From: Eledone cirrhosa
Taxonomy: Eukaryota
Length of the DNA stretch: 64,000 nucleotides
Direction of reading: 5' to 3'
Assembly (NCBI GenBank): GCA_964016885.1
Contig: OZ024748.1
Location: 32,736,001-32,800,000, forward strand
This document shows positions 14,611 through 29,107 of the stretch, in pieces. The notes under the pieces were generated by a model. It was not told where the DNA came from. It did not search any database and worked only from the letters and a program-made list of their open reading frames with translations. The position numbers and the translations under genes are program-made. The first letter of the stretch is position 1. Each line of letters opens with the position of its first letter.

Positions 14611-15692
14611 TTAAATCAAAAAAGATTTAGACTAAAACGAACAAAACTTCCCTGAAACAACAACAAGGTACAGCTAAATATAAAATATATTTTGTAATGT
14701 AAGGTAGTGAACCACATAATTAAATAGACGGAGGTAATTTAAATAATAAAAATATCTTTAATTTACTTAAAGCAATAACAAATAATAATAAAATATATTA
14801 TATAATGTAAGGTAGTGAACCATATAATTAAATAGACGGAGGTATTTTAAATAAAAAAGACAGTCATGATAACATATATTTTATATCACATGTAAGCAGT
14901 GGAATCTGGTGATTGAAAAATAACGCATCAACATTTCAGTTTCGAAGTTTTTTTTCTATATATAAAAGTAGAGGAAGAAATATATTTGTAGCAAGAGTTG
15001 CCTCTCTTGTTATGACAATCCCATCACCGCTCTCTAGACAGGAAGTAGCTGGAGTTACTTCCCGTTGGGGTGGCAGAACCCTTTTTGTCACTTCCGTCCT
15101 GGGACCCTATAAAAGCGATAGGTCAGGGCGATCTCACTCTCTTCTAACCTGCCTGGCCCTTCGGCCAGGCGTCTTCGGCCATGCGCGTTCGTCGAGGTTC
15201 TACTCACTTCAAAACGGTAACAAATAACTTTACTTCATTCTTTCATCTACCCATGTACATGTCAATAATTCTGCACTACATAACTTCAACTTGTTAATTA
15301 AACTTTATACACACCAACTGAATCTTTTGTTATATTCATACACACCAGTGTTTTGTTATATATTTTTCCAATTGTATATAATTACTGGATCGTTGTAGGG
15401 TTCACATAATTATATTATTTACACACATTAATATAGACATTAAGTAAATCTTTGTCAACTTATCTCCATCAGATATAATCATTGTGTTGTGTTGTTAGTT
15501 TTTACTAAACAACCAAAGAAATAATCTCTTTGTTATCAAATTAGATGTTTCAAATATGATATCAGCTTTATTTCACGACATTAACGTTGGTGTATCCTCT
15601 TCATCTTCAGTCATAAATTGATATCTTGTCAGAATGAAGTAGTGAGGCTGACTTTATGTCTTTAGCTACAGATTTGATAGGAAATATATATA
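14147..15692 (+). repeat. Local segmental duplication, partner 29905-31295
   Basis: Same unique-to-RTE junction (ttttgttttatgttcattgttca...gttagtgacacaactaca), same RTE tail and same downstream flank to ctacagatttgataggaaatatata. Confidence 0.8.
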
Positions 15693-16203
15693 TATTAGGT
15701 TGATATGTGGTCTAAAATATATATATTGTCTATAAATGACTGATAGCAGATGTTCTGATGAAATAGTAGTTTTATTACTACAGATTGTAATGGAACTCTT
15801 CGTAGACACAATTGTAAAGTAAGAATAGATATGACAGTGTAAGACTGATGTCGGGAAAAGAAAATGTTGTATATATATATAATTGTTACACAAGAGATAT
15901 AATTAGATTAATTAAATTTATAATGAAGACAGCAGGTACTCGGTGTCGTTGGGAATGTTTCAACTCTGTTACAGGTGTCATACGTTAATAGTCCCTGATA
16001 TAATTTAATACCTTCAGACACATTTCCAATCGTATTTAATTGATTGTAAATCAGAAAGTATCACTGAATAAAATATCAATTATATATCAATAATAAAACC
16101 TCTACGTAGTCTCTCTAACTGCTAGAAATAGCAGTGATATTATCCATCTTTTGTATAGATTTCGGAATGAACTGGAAGACCGTCAGAATATCATTCTCCC
16201 TCT

Positions 16204-16234
<31 letters not shown>

Positions 16235-16326
16235 TAAGTAATTCCGTCTGAAAGGTCCAGGAAAAAAGAGTGCTCTATGTAAGTTACAGAGCTTATTAGT
16301 TATGTATAAACAACATAAGATAATTA

Positions 16327-16386
16327 TTTCATTTACCAGTGGTTTCTTGAAAGCAACCAAAATTGCTTTCATTCATCAGAATGAAA
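16327..16386 (-). ncRNA. Type I hammerhead ribozyme, family E (single copy)
   Basis: UUUCAUU-CUGAUGA-A-UGAAAGCAA(UUUUGG)UUGCUUUCA-A-GAAA-CC(ACU)GG-UA-AAUGAAA: 7-bp stem I, 9-bp stem II, 3-bp stem III, GUA site. Confidence 0.8.
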
Positions 16387-18161
16387 AAATCCTGGTGGCT
16401 TTATTGACAGTGGATTTGAAAAACAAAAATATAACAGATATGAAAGTGAGGCTGGAGGAAAAAAGGGGGAGGGGAGAATAATAAATGAGAATATATAACA
16501 ACACACACGTACACACGCACGTACACTCACATATACACACATATATACGTATATATATATACATATATACACATATATATATACAGAGACACATATACAC
16601 ACACATACACATATATATATATCCATACATAAACACAACACACACACACACATATATATATACACACATATATATATACATGCACACACACAAATAAGAA
16701 TAAATAATCATAGTAGGCCGTCACATACAAATAAGCAAATAAAAAATAAGGATTAAGAAAATAAAAAAATTAAAAACATCATAAAGTTGACAGCAAGACG
16801 ACAAAATTTAAAATAAAAATTAAAATAATAAAAATAATAATAATTATTATTATTATAAATGACCAAACGCACGTGGTAAGTAAATGCACATAAAAAACTA
16901 AATATATATATATATATATATAATGATATTTTATTTGAGTGACCCGAATCTTCCTGGTCGTTCTTTTTCGGCTGCACGGGTGATTTTAGGCATAATCTCT
17001 ATGTGTTGGTAATTTAACGATGGTTATAGCTCTGATTTATCCAAATTATTGAGCTCTCTGCCACACATATCGGATATTGTTTATCGTTAATTCGTGAGCT
17101 GTTTTCCGATTCTCGATTATTCTACTATATAAATATATATATATCTATACACACACACATATATATATATATATATACATGTGTACATACACACACACAC
17201 ATATATATACATATACACACACACAGATACATACACACATAAGCATACATATAAATATATAAGTACACCCCATGCATATAAACACAGCAGAGACACAAAA
17301 GAGTATATACATACAAATACATATACACGCACACATAAATGTATACAACCACATACACACATATAGTATACAAATATCTTAAAGATAAAAACATAAATAT
17401 AAAAACTATAAAGTTACAATCACACGCACATACACACATATATATATATACATATACACACATATATATATATGTAAATACATATACATATATATATATA
17501 TACACACATATACACACCTACACAGTTAATTTAATTACTTACACTAAATATAAACCAGTATCCCTCATAACTTATTAAAACAATTATCTATAACAGAATA
17601 TACCCATATATCCACTCATATATCTATTCCTCTATTCATATATCTATTCTTCTATCTATATTTTTCTATCTATTTTCTACTTATATCTATTCATTCTCAA
17701 TTTATTTTTCAATATATATTCTTATATTTTCAATATATATTCTTATAATTTTATATATATTTACTTTTTCTATATATCTATTTTTTCTTTATACCTATAA
17801 CACTTAATATTATATTGTATTATATTAGAATTCTAACAACAAAATAATTACTAAATATACGTAACTTTAATATAAACTTAAAACTTATTTACGTTATATG
17901 AGTTCATCCTCTGTTAAATTTCTCTCTTCTCTCTATTTATCTATATACCTCATAACAGTAATTTTTTCGCTCTCTATTTCTTCACATCCTCCCCCCCAGT
18001 AGAATTTAAATAAACGGTTGTTTTTTCAATTTTTCATACATTCATTTGCATATTCACACATAACTTTGAATTACCGCTAATAAGTTTCCACTATCCAGCG
18101 AATTTCGGACCGTTAAGGTGTGATTTCCATGGGTATGTCATTATTTATGAAACAAATTTTG

Positions 18162-18226
18162 TATTTTATCTGATGAAAGCGCACCAAGGTTTGCTTGGTC
18201 GCCCTTGAAATATATATAATGAAATA
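18162..18226 (+). ncRNA. Type I minimal hammerhead ribozyme, family A
   Basis: UAUUUUAU-CUGAUGA-AAGCGCACCAAG(GUUUG)CUUGGUCGCCCUU-GAAA-UAUAUAUA-AUGAAAUA. Confidence 0.75.
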
Positions 18227-18267
18227 ATTATGGTTTTATAAATATAGTTTCCATTTATTATTATGAT

Positions 18268-18452
18268 GGATTGGCAGTATCGGTAGAGGGTCGGACGCCA
18301 TGCTTTTCAGCACAGTTACGTCCCTTTACGGACTGAGTTCAAATCGCGCCGAGGTTCATTTTGCCTTTCATCCTTACGGGGTCGATAAAATAAAGTACTA
18401 GTAATAGACTGGGATAATTGCTGGCCTTGTGCCAAAAGTAGAAACAATTATT
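18268..18452 (+). mobile_element. SINE family B, near full length
   Basis: A-box-like TGGCAGTATCGG, B-box GAGTTCAAATC, core ttgcctttcatccttacggggtcgataaaataaagtac, tail agaaacaattatt. Confidence 0.8.
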
Positions 18453-18525
18453 ATCTTGGTATATATATATTTATATATATATCAATGATATTAATATATG
18501 GAAACTACTTTTATAAAACCATATT

Positions 18526-18586
18526 TATTCTGTTATACATATTTCAAGGGTACCAACACTTTGGTACGCTCTCATCAGATAAAATA
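18526..18586 (-). ncRNA. Type I minimal hammerhead ribozyme, family A (downstream of ZNF2, same strand)
   Basis: UAUUUUAU-CUGAUGA-GAGCGUACCAA(AGUG)UUGGUACCCUU-GAAA-UAUGUAUA-ACAGAAUA. Confidence 0.7.
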
Positions 18587-18729
18587 CAAAGATTGTTTTA
18601 TAAATAGTGACATACCCAGGAATGATACTTTAACGGTTCAATTTTCTCCTGGATAGTGAAAGGAAAGAGAGAAAAAGGGAAGAAAGGAAAAAATAAATAT
18701 TTCAAATTATTTTGATGAATATGCAGATG

Positions 18730-19851
<1,122 letters not shown>

Positions 19852-20529
19852 TCAACTGTGATTTCAGTTAATATCTGAAGATAATACAAACTTATGTTTC
19901 ACCCAAGTTTAGTTAAAATACAAAATAATCTCATAGTGATGAAAATAAACTCAGTTCTGAGGAAATATTTCACAGTAATTGAACTATAGATTTATATAAA
20001 TAGTGTTATATGAGTTCTGTTTAAAATGTTTTAGTCTTAAAATTATGATAAATAGAGGTGATGTATCCGAGATTGAAAATAATAATTTATCCCAATGTCA
20101 TCTGGTATTCTGAAATGAAAAAGAAACAGTATGAGATAATGGAGAATACTTTAGAAGCAGAGATAGATTTAACAGTGGAAATTTTATATTTCTATATTTA
20201 TAAACTGTAGATATAAACTTTCCTGTCCAGAGTAATTCTCTCCAATGTAAGCAGTGGTATTTAAGCAAGCTCTGTAAATTATATCCTTCTATCTCTTGGG
20301 AGGTCTGCTCTAAGGCAGTTTAACGAAAAATTCATTCTGATAGCACATTCTAACGTAACTATCATCTCCTCTCCTGGTGACATGTCAACACCGGTTTAAC
20401 ATATACATATATAAATATATATACACACACATACACACACATATATATACATATACACATATACATATATATATACATATATATACATATATATATATGT
20501 ATAAATATATATGCAAATTTTACAAACAA

Positions 20530-21782
20530 CCGCAATGACAGAGGACGGAGACATCGTTATGCTAGCAGGCGTCTTCAATGGTCATGTTGGACAGCTCCAG
20601 GATGATTACATTGGGGTACATGGTGGGCACGGTTACAGCTCAAGAAATGAAGAAGGAGTGAGACTTCTTGAATTTTGTGATGCAAGTACACTGACTACTT
20701 GCAACACTAACTTCCAGAAACCTGCCAACCACCTAATAACCTACAAATCAAGGGAGCACATAAGTCATATTGACTTCTTACTAGATAGGCAGCGGGACAG
20801 GCAGATGGTGTCAAATACCAAAGCATACACCGGGGAAGAATGTACCCCACAGCATAGGTTAGTCGTTAGTGATATCTCAGTAAGCAAGAGATGGAATGAG
20901 ACATACAGGAAGGTGTGTAAAAGAAAGGTCTGGAAGCTAAAATACCTTTCACTAAAATACAAATTTAGGAAAGCCCTTCAAGATGTGTATGACAAAAAAG
21001 AAAATGATTTAGAGACGTATGACATAGATAATAACTGGAATTTCTTACGTGACAACTTACTGCAGGCTACTGATGAAACTTGTGGCTGGAGCAGAGCTCC
21101 AAGCAGACAGAGAGTGACCTGGTGGTGGAACAGCACAGTAGATAAGGCCATTTAGAGACAAAAGACTTTCATGGAAGGCTTGGAAAAGGGGTGGGAGTAG
21201 ACAAGGATATACAGCCACTAAGAAAGAAGCTAGACATCAGGTGTACTTAGCACACAGGTAGGCTGAGAGTAGGATGTTTGCCATTGTTCTGCGACGGGTT
21301 GATCAGAAGCGTGCAGTGTTCCACATTGCAAGGCAGTGTGTCAATGCAAATCAGGATGTTGTTGGAGATAAATCTGTCCGGAATGATGCCGGTGTACTTA
21401 GTGTCACGAATGATCAGAAAAAGGAGACCTGGAAATGTCATTATGAGAGACTGATGAATGTGGAGAACGAATGGGAGAGAGAGAAATTACCCTCAGTAGA
21501 TCCGACAGAGGGACCAGCTATTGAGATTGACGAATATAGGGTCCAAGAGGCGATTAAGGAAATGAAAAATGGTAAGGCTGCTGGGCCGTCGGAGATAGTT
21601 GCTGAGATGCTGAAGGCATCAGGGGATGTAGGCACTAAACGGGTTGCACGCATCATCAATCAGGCTATATATGGTGGTGTTATACCCAAAGACTGGTGCA
21701 GCAATATTCACAAAAATTTCTACAAAGCTACAGGTGATGCTCTGGAGAGGAGCAATTATAGGGGTATAAAACTGATGGATCA
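20530..21782 (+). mobile_element. RTE LINE 5' half (APE endonuclease C-terminal part, linker, RT start)
   Basis: G.FNGHVG, RNEEG.RLLEFC, NT.FQK..HLITY, SHIDFLL, QHRLVV, TWWWN, MKNGKAAGPS, NYRGIKLMD. Confidence 0.92.
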
Positions 21783-21785
21783 TCT

Positions 21786-23161
21786 GGCAAGGGTTGGACG
21801 GTTCTTATTCAGCACAGCATCTCTCCACTTGTCACGGTCCTTCGTCATCTCCACCGCAATCTGAGACCTGTTCTCACCACCTCCGCCCATGTTTTTGGTG
21901 GTCTACCTCTAATAAGTCTTCCTTCAACTGGCATTTCCTGGCACTTCTTCACCCATCGGTCATCCTCCATGCACATCACATGTCCATACCACCTCAGTCT
22001 CCTCTCTCGCACACTACATTCTATCCCTCTCAGACACAGTTTCCCTCTCAACACATCCATGCTGGGTCGTTCACAGACATTGACATTGCACATCCAACGG
22101 AGCATGCTTGCCCCATTTCTCTCCAGCCGTCGCATATCCTCTGCAGTTGCTGCCCATGTCTCACTACCATGCAGCATCGCGCTCCTCACACGGGCATCAT
22201 GTAACCGGCTTTTCGTACGCAGGGAGAAACCCTTCTTCACAGCAGAGGAAGTAGCTCCCTAAACTTCTTCCAACCCGCACTTATTCTAGATACTATGGCC
22301 TCGGAACACCCTCCCTCCATTGCTAATCGGATCTCCTAGCTACCGGAAGCTATCCACAACTACTATAGCACCCGCCTGCATTTGAAAAATGTGTCCATCA
22401 CTGCGACTTCTACTGTTTAATTTCCCTGTTCCTCTACTGCATATGTAGTTTTCTCTACCTGTTAGTTTACCTGCTATCCCACTACATCTCTTGTGTACCC
22501 GAGATCTGCATTGTGTACATTTTGTTGAATTTATGCCAGTTCCTTTTCTGCATATCGAACATGGCCATTTCCCTGACGGAATCAAAGTTTTGTCCTCTTT
22601 TCTACTCATCAACACTTTTGTCCTAGCTCAGTTCACTCTCAGTCCTCTTGCTTCCAACTGCTGTTTCCATAGGCAGAAATTATTCTCTAGCTCCTCTACT
22701 GATTCTGCTATAAGAACCAGATCATCAGCATGGAGAAGTTCCCATGTTCTTAAACTCCTCTATTATTACTTGGACGACTATAATTAGCAAGAGCGGGCTG
22801 AGGACGGAACCTTGATGTACTCCTACTTGTATCTGGAATTCTTCACTAAACTCCATTCCTACCCTGACTTTACTGACAGCAACTCTGTACAAAGTTTGCA
22901 CTGTCCTCACAAGCCATTCCTCAACACCTAGTTTCCTTAGGGATCACCAGATGTCAGATCGGGGTACCCTATCAAAGGCCTTCTCTAGATCAACAAATGC
23001 TAAGTATAGTGGCTTATTCTTCACTAAGAACCTCTCTTGTAATTGTCTCACCAAGACGAGGGCATCTGTTGTACTTTTCCCAGGCACAAAACCAAACTGC
23101 ATCTCCCTTTCTCTAATTAGTTGTGCTAATATCCTTTCTGCCATTGTCATAACCTGATCCA
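21786..23161 (-). mobile_element. RTE LINE 3' half, inverted relative to its 5' half
   Basis: Begins DQVMTMAER exactly where the + half stops (KLMD); [41 protein letters not shown]. Confidence 0.9.
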
Positions 23162-23236
23162 CATATATATATACATATATATATACATATATATATATAC
23201 ATATATATATACATATATATATACATATATATATAT

Positions 23237-23349
<113 letters not shown>

Positions 23350-23454
23350 CATATATATATACATATATATATATACATATATATATTTACATATACATTT
23401 ATATATATACATATATATATATATATACTTATATATATACATATATACATATAC

Positions 23455-23747
23455 ATGGCTTGTATAGCTCTCATAAGCCATTCATCTACACCTAGTTTTC
23501 TAAGAGCCCACTAGATAACAGGGCGAGGAATTCTGTCATAAGCTGTCTCCAAGTCAACAAAATCTAAGTAGAGGGATTTAATTTTAGCTAGGTAGTTCTC
23601 CTGTAGTTGTCGTACAAGGAAAAGAGCGTCTGTGGTACTTTTACCTGACACAAACTCAAACTGCATTTCATTTAGATCAATTCGCTCTCTGTGACCTTCA
23701 GGACGTGGTCAACTAACTTAATGCCTCTATAGTTCCCCTATCTAGAG
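23455..23747 (-). mobile_element. RTE LINE fragment, downstream half of the copy interrupted by the hAT unit
   Basis: [40 protein letters not shown]; reading continues from 29108. Confidence 0.85.
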
Positions 23748-24375
23748 TAAAGGTTCTCAACAGGGGGCATAGTTCCCCCGGGGGGCGTTTCGTAGCTCCA
23801 GGGGGCGTTATGCAGTAAGAGGGCGTTAGGGGGGCGTTATGCAGTAAGGGGGCATTTGAAACTTTGAGGGCGTTAGAAACCCCTTTAGTTTGGTAATTTT
23901 ATATGTAATATTTGTACGACTCTTAGTGATTTGAATGAAGAAAACAAAGAAAATAAATTAAAGAAGCTTGTCAACGAATTCCCTAGGGAGATAAAAGTAA
24001 ATCAAAAGAAATCAAAGAGAATGAAAGTAAGGACTACTTCAGCAGAAATGACAAGAAGAAGCAATGGTGGTGAACATACACACACATACATACATACAAA
24101 CACACATATATACACATACATACATACACACACATATATACACACACAGGCCGGCGTTAGTGTTTGATGAAGTTGAGAACCTGGTCAGCTTTCAGCCAGA
24201 GCTGTGGTATTTAATCTCGCTAGGTAATAAAATCTGGCGACAAAAATGTTCTCCTTACCAAAAAAAGAAGACAAATCATATCAACATCCTTACACACTTA
24301 AATATAAATGCATGTATATATACACATGTATAAATGCATAGATATATACATACGTAAATGTATGTATGTATGTAG

Positions 24376-24454
<79 letters not shown>

Positions 24455-24483
24455 TCTACATACATATATATATAAATATACAT

Positions 24484-24595
24484 AAATGGAATAGAATGAA
24501 ACGAAATTTTATTTCTCACTCTTAGTACGGCACTTACTTAAATGTAAGTATGTATGTATACGTACATACATATATGTATACAGACGTACAGTAGC

Positions 24596-24653
<58 letters not shown>

Positions 24654-25100
24654 GCACACATATATATATATGCACGTAACAGTTTACCGAACATTTATTA
24701 TAATGTTCGCTTTGTTCGTTTGTAAACAAACGGACAGCCTGATTTACGCCGTACACTGTTCAGGCAACCACGTCACCTTTTTGTTCAACACTGACACAGG
24801 AACGATGTACTAGTTTCAAGCTTGTTAGCTATCGTCAGCACCGTATACCTTTCTGCCAGATGGTTGAACGTTCGAAAGTATATACTTTCCTTATGAAAAT
24901 TAACGGTTGAGCAGCCTAATTTGCATATCGAGTGAGTTCAGTCGGCCAGGCGCACCGAAAACGATAAATGGAATAGAATGAAACGAAATTTCATTTCTCA
25001 CTCTTCGTACGGCACTTACTTAAATGTAAGTATGTATGTATACGTACATACATATATGTATACATATATGTATGTACGTATACATACATACTTACATTTA
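24484..25100 (-). repeat. Retrozyme-like repeat, about 1.2 units plus short inversion; hammerhead B at 24801-24845
   Basis: Diverged copy of the 466-bp unit; core CUGACGA..GAAACUAGUA. Confidence 0.8.
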
Positions 25101-25773
25101 AATATACATACATATATATATATAATTCTACATACATACATATATATATATATGTTTCGAAAATATTCTTACTTGATATATATATATATAGGTATATACA
25201 TATAAATCTACATACATAACCTTACACTTTATTCTCCGATTATGTAGAGAAAAAATTCTGTCGTTCTATCTAGCTGCTAAAAATTTATTTTTTTGGTGGC
25301 GAACATAGACAACAAGTCTATGATTTCCCGCCTTCACTATACACCAACGTATTTATGGGTCACTTTCACGACCTTTCAGACCTGTATTAGTTGGAGTGAG
25401 GTCATATATTTTATCGTTCCTGGGGTTTTTAACCCTAGGAAAGGAAAATGCTTCTCTGATGATCTTTGCTTTTCCATTAATATCCATGTGATATCTAATG
25501 TTTTGCAAAGTGAATCTGTACAGTAAGAGCTACCCGAATAGGTAAATATTTATATCATATTTTTTAATTTTGATTAATTTTAATTGTAAATTAATTTTGA
25601 TTTATTTTGAAAAATTGGTTGAATTTTACTTGTTCTGCTTATCTTCATACATACATATATATATATATAAACCTACATACATACATATATACATACATAC
25701 ATTTACGTATGTATATAGCTATGCATTTATACATTTGTATATATATACATGCATTTATATTTAAGTGTGTAAG

Positions 25774-25866
<93 letters not shown>

Positions 25867-25882
25867 ATAATATATATAATAT

Positions 25883-25935
<53 letters not shown>

Positions 25936-25937
<2 letters not shown>

Positions 25938-26065
25938 GTGTGACAAGAAGCTTGTTTCCCAACCACATATTTCCGGGTTCAGTCCCACTGCCTGAGTCGA
26001 CCAAATCCCTGTGAGTGGATTTGATAGATCGAAACTAAAAGAAGCCCGTCGTATATATGTATATA
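25936..26065 (+). mobile_element. SINE family C 5' part, internally deleted
   Basis: aagaagcttg.ttcccaaccaca..ttccgggttcagtcccactgc (tRNA-like B box)...gtgagtggatttg..aaagaagcccgtcgtatat. Confidence 0.55.
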
Positions 26066-26194
26066 TGTCTGTGTGTGTGTGTGTGTGTGTAGAAGAGGGT
26101 CTCAAACTCAAGGACACAAAAGGGCTATTACGTCCTGGAGGAGAGGCACAGTGGGCCAAACGTGGTGGTGGGTGAAATTTTTCACCAGTTATAA

Positions 26195-26400
26195 TCATTT
26201 CTACTATAGGAACAAGGCATGGCATTTGGGGTTTAGGATTCAGTCGATTGCATCGATCCTAAAATACAACTGGTACTTAATTCATCGATCCCAAAAGGAT
26301 GTAAAGCAAAGTTGAGATCGGCGGAATTTGAACTCAGAACGTAAAAACGAAAGAAGTACCGTTAAGCATATCGCCAGATGTGCTAACGATTCCACCAGCT
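26195..26400 (-). mobile_element. SINE related to family B
   Basis: gctggtggaatcgttagca...ttctgagttcaaattccgccga..caactttgcttt.catcctttt.ggatcgatgaattaagtaccag. Confidence 0.65.
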
Positions 26401-26486
26401 ATAATGCGATATGAAATATTGGTTCTACCACGGGCCACAGATAAGTAGTTCGCGGGCCGCATGTGTAAGCCCCCTCTTGGAAATAA

Positions 26487-26523
<37 letters not shown>

Positions 26524-26621
26524 CGTGTACCAAACACACACACATTTCTTACTCTCTCTGTCCCTCCCTCTTTCTCTCTTCATTTATATATATATGAGTT
26601 CTAGTCCTGTAGAATCTCATC

Positions 26622-26657
<36 letters not shown>

Positions 26658-26790
26658 GAGCGTTGTTATTTGGCGTTGTTGAAAAGAGCAGTGGCCTTTG
26701 ACCTGGTAATAAAAAACTGTAGACAAAATTCTTTCTGTACCCGAACCAAGGCACACACACACACACACACACAAGTTTGTTGTGTGTGTG

Positions 26791-26854
<64 letters not shown>

Positions 26855-27310
26855 CGAGCGCGTCTATGTGTGTTTGTGTGTGTCTGTGTATCTATCTATG
26901 TATATATATATATAAGGGATACAAATACTACTTTCTCACTGTTTCCAAGCTTCTCAATTCATTCGTTGCTAAGTATTTTATTTTGCAAGGTACTATTTTT
27001 CCCCTGAGTTGGTGATTTCAGAGAAAGGTAAGAAATTCTTCATATTTTACATCTTTTGTATTTTGACTTTACAGTTTGAATTGTAGAATTGTTTATCCAA
27101 TCAAAATATTACAACAGCTAACAGTGAAATATAGAATTTAAAAATAAAGCTTTTTCGACTGAAATCAAGTCTTTGAGAATATTCACGTCTATTTTTCAAA
27201 AATAAATAATTTGAAATAGTTTGCTTTTGTTTTGGACTGAAACTTTTTTTGTATTTAATTCGTACGGGTATTTTTTAAAGATCTTTTTAAGGATTCTAAC
27301 ATAACTTGAT

Positions 27311-27781
27311 TTGGCCCATTACGTGCACTGCGGCATTCATATTTCTCAACTTATTATAACTAAGTCCGTACAACAAGCTTCACTTATCAAAACTGTTCTA
27401 GATTACGAGAATGAATTGTGGAAATTATATAGTACATCAGGGAAATTTAAGCAAGCGTATTTATCACAACATGATGAAGAAAATGAAGTATCGTCACCAC
27501 GCTCCTTAACACCTGTGTGCCCTACTCGATGGCTAACACGACTTTCTGCAGTCAAAGCTCTTCTTGACAATTATTCAGATGTCCCTATTTCTTTACAAGA
27601 GGCAACAAATGAGTTTGGCACCAACATTGCATCCAGAGCTAATGTTATTCTTACGTGTCACTCTCCGGGCCAATGTGTTCTTGGATTGCACGTTGTAATT
27701 CCATTACTTCAATTCCTTGAAGGATTGAAGAAATCTTTTCAAAGTACCACCTTCAATCTAGGAAGCATGTTGCTTCTTTGA
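27311..27781 (+). pseudogene. hAT transposase fragment 1
   Basis: YVHC..H motif and LTPVCPTRWLTRLSAVKALLDNY motif. Confidence 0.75.
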
Positions 27782-28503
27782 ACTGTTCGACTCTACATTG
27801 AGTTTCTTAGAAGACGCAACACAGAACTGTATACAAAAACCTCGTGGTGAGGCAAGAGTGCGCCTACCTCGTAGACATCTTCGACAAATGCATTAGCCTC
27901 ATTATGGCTTTGCAGGAGGAGAAGATCACCTTGTTTAAATCAAGGAATGCTGTGAAAATATTCCTGGCCAAATTGTAAGTCATCGAAAGGAATCTTTGTC
28001 GACGGGAATTCTATAATTTTCCTAGTGTCGCCAATGTTCAAAACATTGTGAGCGATGACCAACTCCAAATTTATACCGCGCACCTCCGTGCACTACAATA
28101 CAACATGAGAGAACGGTTTGTCGACCTTTTGCAGATGGACATCCCAATGGGGATAGCAGATCCCTTCATAGCCAACGTCGACGATTTCGACGTTAAATTT
28201 CAGGAAGAATTAATTGAACTGCAGACAGATGACATTATCAAAATTAAATTTTACAAAATAGGTGAACCCCTTTTTTGGATGCAAGAGGAAATTCAGCGTC
28301 GATTTCCACTCTTACATGCAGAGGCTTTGCCTTTTCCTAGCTCATACTTAGTCGAGAGGGGGTTTGGCGTTGTTTCCAAACTGCATAGTAAGGCTCGCAA
28401 CCGTTAAAATGTGATTGCACATGGAGATCTCCGGCTACAGCTCACAAAAATCAAGCCTGACATCAAAGTTAGCTAAACTCCATGAAGCTCAAGAGTCCCA
28501 TTG
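27782..28503 (+). pseudogene. hAT (Buster/Charlie-like) transposase C-terminal fragment 2
   Basis: AYLVDIFDK..LQ..KITLF, RF.DLLQM.IP...DPF, LPFPSSYLVERGFGVV..K.RNR, GDLRLQLTKIKPDI; frameshifts and stops. Confidence 0.8.
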
Positions 28504-29107
28504 ATACGAGGTCAAAGTAAGTCGATTTTTTTATTTGTAGTTGCAGTCTGACTGGACTGGAAACCATCTACCACAATTCACTTACTCATTTGTTGTATAT
28601 ATTTTACCGTTTACTAATGAATATACCCTCTTACGTGGTCATGAAAACCCTCTTGCCTGGTCTCTAAGCTCACAAAGCGGAGGGGACATCAAGTTAGATA
28701 TCAACATTTATTCTGTCCGTGTCATCTATGGGAAAATTGGAAAGCTTTGAAATAATACAATTGCCACTTTCTTCCAGATAAGAGCACTCTTTGGATAGAC
28801 AGAGTTGCTCTTGTATAAATGTTCAAAATAGCTGGTATCGTCTGGTGAGAATATAACAAATTCAACTGGTCCTTATTCATAAAAAGAACATTTATGTTCC
28901 TTTTTTTGAAATTTATATACTTCCTTTCAAGGAATGTATTTATACTTTCAACTGCTTGCAATGGTATCTTTGGAATATCGTTAATCAATTTGTTAGTAAT
29001 CTACTGATATCAAATCAGTAGTATATTGAAAAATGGAAAAATAGTGTAGGGGGTGTTTCGTGATTTTGAGGGGCAAAATTTTGGCCGAAATGGGTTGAGA
29101 ACCTTTG

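Larger units (their letters stand above)
23748..29107. mobile_element. hAT (Buster/Charlie-type) unit, 5360 bp, with nested or captured cargo
   Basis: TIRs tAAAGGTTCTCAAC (23748) and GTTGAGAACCTTTG (29107); 8-bp TSD ATCTAGAG on both sides; flanks rejoin as RTE YKGKGDALD|RGNYRGIKL. Confidence 0.85.

Noticed and set aside
15555-15620. Minus-strand CUGAAGA...GAAAUAAAGCUGAUA with UAUGA/UCAUA stem
   Set aside because: No convincing stem II, and the core is not retained in the duplicate at ~31160-31220
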